A stretch of DNA of 64,000 bases from positions 4,288,001 through 4,352,000 of the forward strand of contig OZ243927.1 in the NCBI GenBank assembly GCA_965213925.1, given 5' to 3'. Position numbers and translations under genes: made by a program. Shown here piece by piece: positions 19,049 through 27,060 of this stretch. This DNA is from Trueperaceae bacterium (GTDB lineage Bacteria; Deinococcota; Deinococci; Deinococcales; Trueperaceae). Numbering within the stretch: the stretch's first letter is position 1; the number at the start of each line of letters is the position of its first letter. Below the pieces are notes generated by a model. That model was given only the letters and a program-made list of their open reading frames with translations. It searched no databases and had not been told where the DNA came from.

Positions 19049-20154
19049 GCAGAACCCCTTTCCGACCTCTTCTCCGGCAAGATGAGGTGACTGTCGCCAA
19101 ATTCGTGCCACAAGTAGCCCGCTTTCACCGCTTCGGCGTAAGCCTCCCGGATGAGGTCTTTGCCCGCTAGCGCGTAGAGCATCGCCAAGTGGCTCGCTTT
19201 GGGGTCGTGAAAGCCGCTCAAAAGACCGTCCACCGCGTCCACACTGCGCCCTGGATGGACGTAGTGGCGCGTGAACCCTCTTACCACTCGCGTCTTTTCG
19301 CCGTCCCATGCCGACTCCAAAGCCCGCACGACGGTTGTCCCGACAGCTATGACGCGGCGACCTCTTGCCCTCGTTTCGTTGACTGCCTCGGCGACCTCTT
19401 GTGTGACCTCGAACGGTTCGGCGAAGAGGGTGTGATTCTCGATATCGTTTTCAGTCATCTCGAGACTACTCACGCCTGTATGGAGGGTGATTTTTTCTAA
19501 CCCGACGCCTTTATTTGTCAGACACGCCAAGACTTTCTCGCTAAAAGGTCGCGCGGCGGAGGGCATCTCAGCGCTGCCTATATCTGTACCTAGGGTGTCA
19601 GCGAAAATGGTTTGGTACGTAGAAAGCGGATAGGGCTTCTCCACGTAGCCGTAGCGAATCGGCTTGCCAAGGCGCTGCATGGCGGCGGACACGTCACCTT
19701 CCAAGCGGACAAACCACAACCTCGGCATTCCGGGATGAGGTCGGAGCAGCGTGGCGTTCAAACCTGCGGCGCGAAACGTTTCGCCAGCTTTAAGAGGAAG
19801 AGGTCCCGCCTTGTCATAGCTCCACCTCGGCTCGGCAAGCCACACCTCTGCTCCATCACTTGCGTCACTCGTTCCGAGGCTGTAGCGCGTCGAGAGGTTG
19901 AGGATAAAAGGTCCGACGCTCCCCTCGGCGGGCAAACTCGCGGGCAGCGTGGCGCTGCGGTTCACCACGAGTAAATCACCTGTGTCTAAGAAGTTGGCTA
20001 GATTTGCGAAGCGGCTGTGGTGATGACCTCGTCCTGTTTCTTTCTGTGTGCTGACGAGCAGCCTTACCTTGTCCCTAGAACCTAAGCGGAATTCGGCGGG
20101 CTCGGCGGCTTGGAGAGATTGAGGTCTGGGGAAATCCAACTCCGCCAACTTCAT
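19045..20154 (-). CDS. QueA-like SAM:tRNA ribosyltransferase-isomerase paralog (non-canonical)
   Basis: GDLLVVN, YQTIFA and RVIAVGTTVVRALES as in QueA; divergent GSAEMPSAARPF, LHTGVSS and YLWHEFGD; ATGA coupling to the SDR. Confidence 0.85.
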   Translation of the reverse strand: MKLAELDFPRPQSLQAAEPAEFRLGSRDKVRLLVSTQKETGRGHHHSRFANLANFLDTGDLLVVNRSATLPASLPAEGSVGPFILNLSTRYSLGTSDASDGAEVWLAEPRWSYDKAGPLPLKAGETFRAAGLNATLLRPHPGMPRLWFVRLEGDVSAAMQRLGKPIRYGYVEKPYPLSTYQTIFADTLGTDIGSAEMPSAARPFSEKVLACLTNKGVGLEKITLHTGVSSLEMTENDIENHTLFAEPFEVTQEVAEAVNETRARGRRVIAVGTTVVRALESAWDGEKTRVVRGFTRHYVHPGRSVDAVDGLLSGFHDPKASHLAMLYALAGKDLIREAYAEAVKAGYLWHEFGDSHLILPEKRSERGSA

Positions 20155-20894
20155 CCTAAAACCTCCCCGGACACCTCTTGCTCGGTTCTTTGTCGCGTCT
20201 CCCAACGCTCACCTTGCGCTTGGAAGCGCCCTCCACTGACCTCTTTGGGGTCTTGCCCCAACAGCCACGCCCAAAAGGGCAGCGTCACCTCGGGAAGAGG
20301 TCTATCTGAAATATCCTCACCCGGAAACGCCGCTTGGTGCATCGCGGTGCGCATGTCGCCGGGGTCTACGCTCACCGCACTTACGCCTTCGTTGGCGAGG
20401 GTTGCGCTCAAGAGGTCCAAAGCGGCTTTGCTCGAGCCGTACCCACCCCAGCCCTCGTAAGCGCCGACAGCGGCGTCCGAGGAGAGGTTCACAATCAATC
20501 CGCCATCTCTGAGTAAAGGCAGCGCCTTTTGGATAAGTCCGAGAGGTGCGAAGACGTTTGTGTGGTAGAGGCGCTCTAACCTCTCCAACGGATAGTCTTT
20601 TAGAAGAGGTTGCGGGCTCGGTCCCAAGTCCGAAGCGTTATTGACGAGCAAATTTAAGCCGCCAAGTTCTTCAGCTTTTTCTATTAAAGCGCTGCGATGT
20701 TCTGCTTCACTTACATCACCCGCGAGCGTAATCACGCGACCTCTTGCCGTCTCTCTAAGTTTGGCTGCGCTCTTTTCCAAAACCTCTTGGTCTCTCGCTG
20801 TGAGCACCAAGTCGTAGCCTTGCGCCGCCAAAAAGTCGGTTAAGGTCAAGCCTAAGCCGCGGCTCGAGCCGGTGATTAACGCGACCCGGCTCAC
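20151..20894 (-). CDS. SDR family oxidoreductase
   Basis: ITGSSRGLG, LVNNAS, YGSSK, VDPGDMRT. Confidence 0.9.
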   Translation of the reverse strand: MSRVALITGSSRGLGLTLTDFLAAQGYDLVLTARDQEVLEKSAAKLRETARGRVITLAGDVSEAEHRSALIEKAEELGGLNLLVNNASDLGPSPQPLLKDYPLERLERLYHTNVFAPLGLIQKALPLLRDGGLIVNLSSDAAVGAYEGWGGYGSSKAALDLLSATLANEGVSAVSVDPGDMRTAMHQAAFPGEDISDRPLPEVTLPFWAWLLGQDPKEVSGGRFQAQGERWETRQRTEQEVSGEVLG

Positions 20895-20941
20895 GTGTGA
20901 CCTCTTCGTTGTTCAGAGAAATTGCTCATTCGATAAGTCAT
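20891..20941 (-). CDS. 16-aa upstream ORF MTYRMSNFSEQRRGHT coupled to the SDR start
   Basis: AGGAGGT RBS just upstream; its TGA overlaps the SDR GTG (GTGA). Confidence 0.5.
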   Translation of the reverse strand: MTYRMSNFSEQRRGHT

Positions 20942-21010
20942 GACGACCTCCTAGCTCGAGTTTAGACCCCTGCCGGAGAGGTTCCATCCGCCTTTGACCC
21001 CAAGTGTTTC

Positions 21011-21026
21011 TAAGACTTTAGACCTA
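21011..21026. promoter_or_regulatory. NarL/LiaR-type response-regulator box
   Basis: TAAGACTTTAGACCTA fits TA-N3-C-N4-G-N3-TA; about 50 bp upstream of a minus-strand TAAACT -10 at 20959-20964. Confidence 0.5.
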
Positions 21027-21099
21027 CAAGGACAGGAGGGACAGGTTTGACTTACCCCTTCACAGCGCCGCACCACATCTACATTTGAATACAGCGCTT

Positions 21100-21129
21100 C
21101 GTAGGGGGGATTCATGAATCCCCCCTACG
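21100..21129. repeat. GTAG-type REP palindrome
   Basis: CGTAGGGGGGATTCATGAATCCCCCCTACG. Confidence 0.8.
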
Positions 21130-21226
21130 CCGTCCGCGACACCTGCACTATCCCTTTACGTTTCCGTAAACCTCTCTGTAGCGGTACAACTAAGCCTTGA
21201 CCTCTTCACCGCCGTAGAGTGTCCTC

Positions 21227-22435
21227 ATGGCTTCCTCGAAATCCGCCACAAAATCCAGCGCAAGCCGCAACGCCGTCATCACGGGTACGGGGCTCTCACT
21301 CCTCTTAGTCCTCGCGCACAGCGCCAACGACGCCTTCGCCAACATCTTGTCGGTACTTTTGCCGACGCTCCAAGCCCGCTTTACCCTGAGCGAGACGGTC
21401 TTGGCGAGCTTCGTCGCGGTGGTCTCCATCTCCTCGAACGTGCTGCAACCCGTCATGGGTGCACTTTCAGACCGCTGGGGCAAGCGGCGACTAGCAGCGC
21501 TAGGTCTCATCGCGGGCTCGGTTTTGATGAGCCTCTTGGCGGTCGCGCCGAGCGTGTGGATTTTGGTGCTCCTCTTGGCGGTGGGCGGGCTCGGCTCGGC
21601 GGCGTTTCACCCGGCGGCGAGTTCGATGGTGAGAGCGGCAAGTCGTAGGGAAGGGCTGAGCGTCGGCATCTTTACGGCAGGCGGACCCTTCGGCTCGGCA
21701 GTTGCGCCCGTCGTTGTGCTAGCAGTCATCGCCAACTACGGGACGAGCGCGGTGCCTTACTTGGCGCTTCCGGGCGTGCTCATCGGGCTGGTGTTGCTCT
21801 TCTTCGCGCCGCCTCAAGCGAAGTCGCCCGCGCATCGCCGCCCTAAACTCTTCGACTTAGACCTCTTTATGGGACCCATCGGCGTGCTCTGCGCGGTGGG
21901 CGTGCTGCGCTCGCTCGCGTACGTGACCTTTCTCAACGCGATGCCGCTCTGGTTAGTGGCGCAGGGGTTCGCACGCGACAGCGTGATGATCGGCTGGACG
22001 CTAGGGGTTTACAACGCGGCGGCGGCTCTGGGCGTGGTGATTTCGGGAGCGCTAGACGATAAGGTGAGCCGCCGCCTGTTAGTAGTCGGGAGCATCCTTT
22101 TGGCACTTCCCTTGATGGCGACGACGCTCTTCGTGCCGACGGGTTCGGCGCTCTTCTTCGTCAACGTGGCGCTCGCCGGATTGATGGCGAACGCGGCGAT
22201 TCCACTTCTGGTCGTGAGCGCCCAAGACCTCGCGCCGCACGCGGTCGCCACCGCCTCGGGGATGTTGATGGGCTTGACCTGGGGTACGGCGGGCGTGCTC
22301 TACCTCGGGCTAGGCGCGTTGCAGAGTACGCTCGGGCTCACGCCTGCGATTTTAATCGGCTACGCTTTTTTGCTGCCTGGGGCGGTGCTGGCGTATGTCG
22401 TTTTGGGGAAGCATCGTTCAAAAGTCGAGGGATAG
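21227..22435 (+). CDS. MFS transporter (Fsr-like)
   Basis: HSAND, LQPVMGALSDRWGKR, GSAAFHP. Confidence 0.88.
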   Translation: MASSKSATKSSASRNAVITGTGLSLLLVLAHSANDAFANILSVLLPTLQARFTLSETVLASFVAVVSISSNVLQPVMGALSDRWGKRRLAALGLIAGSVLMSLLAVAPSVWILVLLLAVGGLGSAAFHPAASSMVRAASRREGLSVGIFTAGGPFGSAVAPVVVLAVIANYGTSAVPYLALPGVLIGLVLLFFAPPQAKSPAHRRPKLFDLDLFMGPIGVLCAVGVLRSLAYVTFLNAMPLWLVAQGFARDSVMIGWTLGVYNAAAALGVVISGALDDKVSRRLLVVGSILLALPLMATTLFVPTGSALFFVNVALAGLMANAAIPLLVVSAQDLAPHAVATASGMLMGLTWGTAGVLYLGLGALQSTLGLTPAILIGYAFLLPGAVLAYVVLGKHRSKVEG

Positions 22436-22454
22436 TGTGAATCTCACGGACGGC

Positions 22455-22551
22455 GCAGGGGGAATTCATGAATTCCCCCTACGGGACTGCGCTCTGTTAG
22501 GCGCATTTTCAGGTGGCGTTGTATAGGGGAGGGTTTCAAACCCGCCCCTAC
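22455..22551. repeat. GTAG-type REP doublet
   Basis: GCAGGGGGAATTCATGAATTCCCCCTAC plus TAGGGGAGGGTTTCAAACCCGCCCCTAC. Confidence 0.8.
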
Positions 22552-22577
22552 TGACGAGCGAGTCTCGCAAGACTACA

Positions 22578-23090
22578 ATGAGCCCCATGACCATCCAAGA
22601 ACTCATGAACACGGTGCCGCAAAAAGGTAGCCTCAAGCACATCACCCTCCGCACCGAAAGGAGAGGTCAGGTCGAGCGTGTGGAAGAAACAGAGGTCATC
22701 GCAGGATTAGGACTCGCGGGCGACCACCGCACGAAGCGCAAAGAGGTCAACATGCAGAGCAAGCGCCAGGTGACGCTCATCCAGGCAGAGCACTTCCCGG
22801 CGCTCTCCGCGATGATGGGTCGCGAGGTTGTGCCGGAGGACACGCGGCGTAACTTGGTCGTGTCAGGCGTCAACCTCTTGGCGCTCAAAGACAAGCGGTT
22901 CAAAATCGGCGAGGCCATCTTTGAAGGGTCGGGGCTATGTCACCCGTGCTCGAGGATGGAAGAGACGCTAGGCGAAGGCGGCTACAACGTGATGAGAGGT
23001 CACGGAGGAATTTTGGCGAGGGTTTTGCAAGGCGGCACCATCCGCGTGGGTGACGAGGTTGTTTTTCTGCCGGGTGAGCTTGCCGATTAG
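22578..23090 (+). CDS. MOSC domain protein
   Basis: GLAGDH, RQVTLIQAE, RRNLVVSG, CHPCSRME, GGILARVLQGGTIRVGD. Confidence 0.88.
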   Translation: MSPMTIQELMNTVPQKGSLKHITLRTERRGQVERVEETEVIAGLGLAGDHRTKRKEVNMQSKRQVTLIQAEHFPALSAMMGREVVPEDTRRNLVVSGVNLLALKDKRFKIGEAIFEGSGLCHPCSRMEETLGEGGYNVMRGHGGILARVLQGGTIRVGDEVVFLPGELAD

Positions 23091-23587
23091 GGGCTGAGCA
23101 GTTCCGAAAGCTCCTCCATCCGCTCGCGGTTCACGCCGAAGTCGCCGTAGCCCCGCCGCGCCGCCGAGCGGAAGTGGATGAGGTTGTTTCCGGTGTCTAA
23201 GTAGAACTCCACGTCGTCCACAAAGCCGAAGATGCGGCTGCGAAATTCGGCGCGCAAGTAGTTGCCGTCCCGCTTAACGATGCGCGTGCGCGGAAGGCGC
23301 GTGACCTCTTGGACAATGCGGTTCATCACGTTGCTCGGCATGTCTTCGAAGGGAACGGGCGCGATGTGATGCGCAAGGTCATCTTGCGGCGCTTGCGTCG
23401 AGACGCAGTTCGGGCTATTCGGGCAGGGCGCAAGTTCGCCGTTCACGACACCTAAGTCCTCGGGTGAACGTTCTTGACTGCTCTGCACTTGCTCGGTTGG
23501 TTCGGACGTTTGCTCAGACATAGAGACTCCGTGAATAGAGAAGGTCAAAAGGAGTGCAAGGAAGACCTCTTTGGAAAATACAGACAT
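23087..23587 (-). CDS. DUF1499 protein
   Basis: LAPCPNSPNCVSTQ, FGFVDDVEF, RSAARRGYGDFGVNRERM. Confidence 0.85.
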   Translation of the reverse strand: MSVFSKEVFLALLLTFSIHGVSMSEQTSEPTEQVQSSQERSPEDLGVVNGELAPCPNSPNCVSTQAPQDDLAHHIAPVPFEDMPSNVMNRIVQEVTRLPRTRIVKRDGNYLRAEFRSRIFGFVDDVEFYLDTGNNLIHFRSAARRGYGDFGVNRERMEELSELLSP

Positions 23588-23682
23588 AGTGAACGAGATG
23601 CGTAGAGAACGAAGTAGCGCCTAACAAGGTCGTGCGGCTGAGCGCTAATCACCTCTTTACGCCCCTAGCCTAACCCCCTAGC

Positions 23683-24672
23683 TTAACCCCCTAGTCTAAC
23701 TAACGTCTGCCCTTGCGTCTGCCCCTGCAAAATTACGTCCACCGCGTCGTCAAGCTCATTCAGCGTGATCTCATTCGTGATGGCGTCTAGGTCGGGCTTC
23801 CACTCGTCCGCGAGCTTCGCCCACACCTCTTTGCGCTTCGCCATCGGGCACTGCGCCGAGTCCACCCCTAAGAGGTTGACGCCGCGCAGGATAAAGGGGA
23901 AAACCGTGAGGTCGAGTTTCGGTCCCGCTACGAGCCCGCACGCCGCCGCCGCCGCGCCCCACTTGAGCGACTTGATGACGTTCGTTAGGGTCGTGCCGCC
24001 CACCGTGTCAACCGCGCCGCCCCAGCGACTTTTGAGCATCGGGCGCTCCTGCTCTTCTGATAACTCGTGACGGTCTATGACTTCGGACGCGCCTAATGAT
24101 TTCAAGAGGTCATGCGCCTCCTTCGTGCCCGTGCTCGCCACCGTCTCGAAGCCGAGCTTGCCTAAAAGCGCCACCGCGACGCTGCCGACACCGCCCGTCG
24201 CGCCCGTCACAACGACGGGTCCGTCCTCTTTCGTTAAGCCCTGCCTTAAAAGCGCGTCTAAACAGAGCGCGGCGGTGAGCCCTGCCGTGCCTAAGACCAT
24301 CGACTCACGTAAGCTCAACCCTTGCGGCAGCGGAATCACCCAGTCGGCGGGCACGCGAATCATCCCGCCAAAGCCACCGTCCGTCTCCATGCCGAGGTCG
24401 TAACTCGTGACGATGACCTCGTCGCCCTCGCCGAAATCGGCGACGCTCGAGGAAACAACCGTTCCCGCCGCGTCGATCCCTGGGGTATGCGGATAGTTTT
24501 TCGTCACACCGGGGTTGCCCGTGGCGGACAGAGCGTCCTTATAATTCAGCGACGAGTACGCGACCTTGACGGTCACGTCGCCTTCGGGTAGGTCGCTGAC
24601 GTTAAGCTCTTGCAACGAGCGCGTCGTCTCGTCGCCCTCTTTTTCCACGCGGTAGGCCGTAAAGTCCGACAT
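23683..24672 (-). CDS. YhdH/YhfP (AcuI-like) MDR oxidoreductase
   Basis: YSSLNYKDAL, PGIDAAG, VTGATGGVGS, PFILRGVNLLGVDS; start MSDFTAY after a GAGGTG RBS. Confidence 0.9.
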   Translation of the reverse strand: MSDFTAYRVEKEGDETTRSLQELNVSDLPEGDVTVKVAYSSLNYKDALSATGNPGVTKNYPHTPGIDAAGTVVSSSVADFGEGDEVIVTSYDLGMETDGGFGGMIRVPADWVIPLPQGLSLRESMVLGTAGLTAALCLDALLRQGLTKEDGPVVVTGATGGVGSVAVALLGKLGFETVASTGTKEAHDLLKSLGASEVIDRHELSEEQERPMLKSRWGGAVDTVGGTTLTNVIKSLKWGAAAAACGLVAGPKLDLTVFPFILRGVNLLGVDSAQCPMAKRKEVWAKLADEWKPDLDAITNEITLNELDDAVDVILQGQTQGQTLVRLGG

Positions 24673-24859
24673 AAGTTTCACCTCTCTGGCGTCACTATAA
24701 CGGGTTTGAAGAGGTGGAATAGGCGGATTGTACTCCGTGACTTTCACTTTGTCAGGGCTTTTGGCTGTTAGCCATTGGCTTTTAGGTTTCGAATTTCGCT
24801 AATCGCTAACGGCTTCATCTATTCAATTTCTTCATATAAACCATGTAGAATGAACTACC

Positions 24860-25492
24860 TTGAACACCCCGTCACATGCACTCATCGGCGCGGCGCTCCG
24901 CAAAGGGTACGGCAAGCATTGGGGCGTGCCGCTTTCGGCAGTGCTCTGGGGCTCGGTTGCGCCGGATATTCCGCTTTACCTACTCTCGGTAGGAGGCGGG
25001 CTCTACTACACGCAGCTCATGGGGATGGAGGCGCGGGCGGCGGCTGAGCTGATGTTCGATGACCTCTTTTTCAACAGCTTGTGGTGGAAGGGGTTACATA
25101 ACCTCTTGCACGCGCCACTGGTCGTGCTGGCTGGGCTCGGTCTTACCTGGAGTTCAAGAGGGAGGGCGAGGCGAGATGCTGACCTTTCTACTCGAACGGA
25201 GACCAGGGCTACTCGCATTGGTCACTGGCTCTTCTGGTTCTTCGCCGCGTGTTTGGTTCACACCACCATCGACATCTTGACCCACGCGATGGACGGACCC
25301 CTTATCCTCTTTCCCTTCAACTGGGACCTGCGCTTCCAGAGCCCGGTGAGCTACTGGGACCCCGAGCACTACGGTATACCGTTCACAATTTTTGAGCTTA
25401 CGCTCGACGTCGCGCTACTCGTTTACCTCTTGCTCCCCCCAGCACGGCGCTGGTTAAGCAGGGGAAATGAAGGTCAAGCTCAGCAGAATTAG
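24860..25492 (+). CDS. Membrane metal-dependent hydrolase-like protein
   Basis: TPSHAL, GSVAPD, HNLLH, HTTIDILTH. Confidence 0.75.
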   Translation: MNTPSHALIGAALRKGYGKHWGVPLSAVLWGSVAPDIPLYLLSVGGGLYYTQLMGMEARAAAELMFDDLFFNSLWWKGLHNLLHAPLVVLAGLGLTWSSRGRARRDADLSTRTETRATRIGHWLFWFFAACLVHTTIDILTHAMDGPLILFPFNWDLRFQSPVSYWDPEHYGIPFTIFELTLDVALLVYLLLPPARRWLSRGNEGQAQQN

Positions 25493-25510
25493 ATGCGTTA
25501 GTAGTTGAAA

Positions 25511-25549
25511 AGAAGGGGCGACGCTTTGGACTCGAGCGTCGCCCCTTCT
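25511..25549. terminator. Bidirectional terminator hairpin
   Basis: AGAAGGGGCGACGCT...AGCGTCGCCCCTTCT between convergent genes. Confidence 0.7.
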
Positions 25550-25566
25550 CCGTCGCCGTTCGATGC

Positions 25567-25971
25567 TCAGTTCAGCACCTGCAACACCCTCTGACAGCTC
25601 TCCTCACAGCGGCGGCACGCTTCGGCGCAGAGGCGGCAGTGTTCGTGCATCTCGGCGTGCTTTTCGCACTCATCGCCGCACGATTTACAGGCGGCAGCGC
25701 ACGCCTCGACCTGAGTGCGCAGTATTTTCATGTCCGGCTCGGTCTGCCTTGAGAGCACGCGCCCGGTGGCGTTGCAGATGTCGGCGCAATCTAGGTCTTG
25801 CCGGATACAAAAGCGCAAATCCGCCACCATCTCCTCGGCGAGGCAGGCGTCGGCACATGAAGTGCAGGTCGAGGCGCAATCAAAACACGCTTTGACGCAT
25901 TCCGCTAAAGTCTGAGCGTCTAGGTTCATCGGTGCCGGATGCGTTTGGAGCATCGTTTGAACGTCTTGCAT
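25567..25971 (-). CDS. Four-helix-bundle copper storage protein (Csp3/DUF326)
   Basis: 18 Cys in CxxC/CxxxC spacing, HEHC motif, no signal peptide. Confidence 0.88.
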   Translation of the reverse strand: MQDVQTMLQTHPAPMNLDAQTLAECVKACFDCASTCTSCADACLAEEMVADLRFCIRQDLDCADICNATGRVLSRQTEPDMKILRTQVEACAAACKSCGDECEKHAEMHEHCRLCAEACRRCEESCQRVLQVLN

Positions 25972-26168
25972 GGTTCCCCCTAAAGCGTTGAGCTAAAAGT
26001 CGGTTGTTGAATCCGTTGCGGCTGAGCTACTAAAAGCGACCTCCCCTCCCCCTAGCTTTATAGAGGTCGGTTGCAGTGCTACTCATAAAGCCGCGTTTTG
26101 CTGCGAGGCAAACCCACTGTCCCCGAAACGCTTGCTATAATCGGCGTAGTCTATTACGCTTAACAACC

Positions 26169-26186
26169 CACCCCCCCAGGGGTATG
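26169..26186. promoter_or_regulatory. Putative CsoR operator
   Basis: CACCCCCCCAGGGGTATG C-tract/G-tract pseudo-palindrome just upstream of copZ; TGCTATAAT extended -10 at 26133-26141. Confidence 0.6.
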
Positions 26187-26199
26187 TCAGGAGTATACA

Positions 26200-26424
26200 A
26201 TGCCAGAAAGAAAAATCAAACTCAACGTCGAAGGGATGACCTGCGAGCACTGCCAGAAGGCGGTTAAAGAGGCGCTCGAGGGCGTCCCCGGTACGGAAAG
26301 CGCCAGCGTAGACTTAGAAAATGGCACCGCGATGGTCGAAGGCTCACCCGACGTGCAACTCCTCATCCGCATGGTGGAAGAAGAAGGCTACAAAGCCACA
26401 CTCGACACGCAACGCGCCCTGTAG
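26200..26424 (+). CDS. copZ: Copper chaperone (HMA)
   Basis: VEGMTCEHC motif. Confidence 0.9.
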   Translation: MPERKIKLNVEGMTCEHCQKAVKEALEGVPGTESASVDLENGTAMVEGSPDVQLLIRMVEEEGYKATLDTQRAL

Positions 26425-26428
26425 CGAG

Positions 26429-26728
26429 GTGGCCGCCGGGGAGAACTGCTTACATCTGGACGCCGACACGCGCCAAGACGCGACACGCCGTTTGAAGAGC
26501 GCGAAGGGGCATTTGGAGGGGGTTTTGCGAATGCTCGAAGACCCCGACGTGTACTGCGTGGACGTCTTAAAGCAAGTCAAAGCCGTACAAGGCGCACTCA
26601 GCAAGGTCAACGACCAGGTCTTGCGTTCGCACATCCGCGATCACGTGGTAACAGCAGCGGAGCGCGGCGACGCGGAAGCGATCGTCGAAGAGTTGATGGA
26701 AGCCTTGAAGTACCAAGCGAGGGTGTAG
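26429..26728 (+). CDS. csoR: Copper-sensing repressor CsoR family
   Basis: RRLKSAKGHLEGV...YCVDVLKQVKAVQGAL...HIRDHV (C-H-H type); start position approximate. Confidence 0.88.
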   Translation: MAAGENCLHLDADTRQDATRRLKSAKGHLEGVLRMLEDPDVYCVDVLKQVKAVQGALSKVNDQVLRSHIRDHVVTAAERGDAEAIVEELMEALKYQARV

Positions 26729-26772
26729 GGCTTCTCCAAAGGTTACGCAACTCGTTCATCCATATTCAAATT

Positions 26773-26818
26773 AGAGAACTCGAGCCACCTCTCGATTATA
26801 TTGTGGCTCGAGTTCTCT
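26773..26818. terminator. Hairpin after csoR
   Basis: AGAGAACTCGAGCCAC...GTGGCTCGAGTTCTCT. Confidence 0.6.
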
Positions 26819-26833
26819 TGCTTAACAGCTTTT

Positions 26834-26850
26834 TTGTAACCGGTTACGAA
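26834..26850. promoter_or_regulatory. LacI-family operator O1
   Basis: TTGTAACCGGTTACGAA near-palindrome. Confidence 0.7.
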
Positions 26851-26947
26851 AACGTATTTTTCAGTTCGACGCTAGCCTCTACTTGTCTAAATTTAGAGCG
26901 AATAGCATTGCTAATTGGAAGAGGACCGCGCAAATTCGTTCAACCTC

Positions 26948-27007
26948 TTGACAAGTTGAACTGCAAAGGCGTAAGCTTCGCTAAAGCCAAATTGTAAGCG
27001 GTTACAA
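26948..27007 (+). promoter_or_regulatory. Sigma-A promoter with LacI operator O2
   Basis: TTGACA (26948)-N18-TAAGCT (26972), then TTGTAAGCGGTTACAA at 26992-27007. Confidence 0.72.
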
Positions 27008-27060
27008 AAGTATAGAAGCGATAACTTCACCTCCCGATCGAGGATGGGCTCGAGGTTCAC

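Noticed and set aside
18644..19309. 221-aa version of the VOC ORF, and similar long N-terminal extensions at 1238, 2809, 20205, 24747, 26321, 35726 and 45882
   Set aside because: The extensions overlap neighbouring genes or promoters; later starts have an RBS, coupling or domain support.
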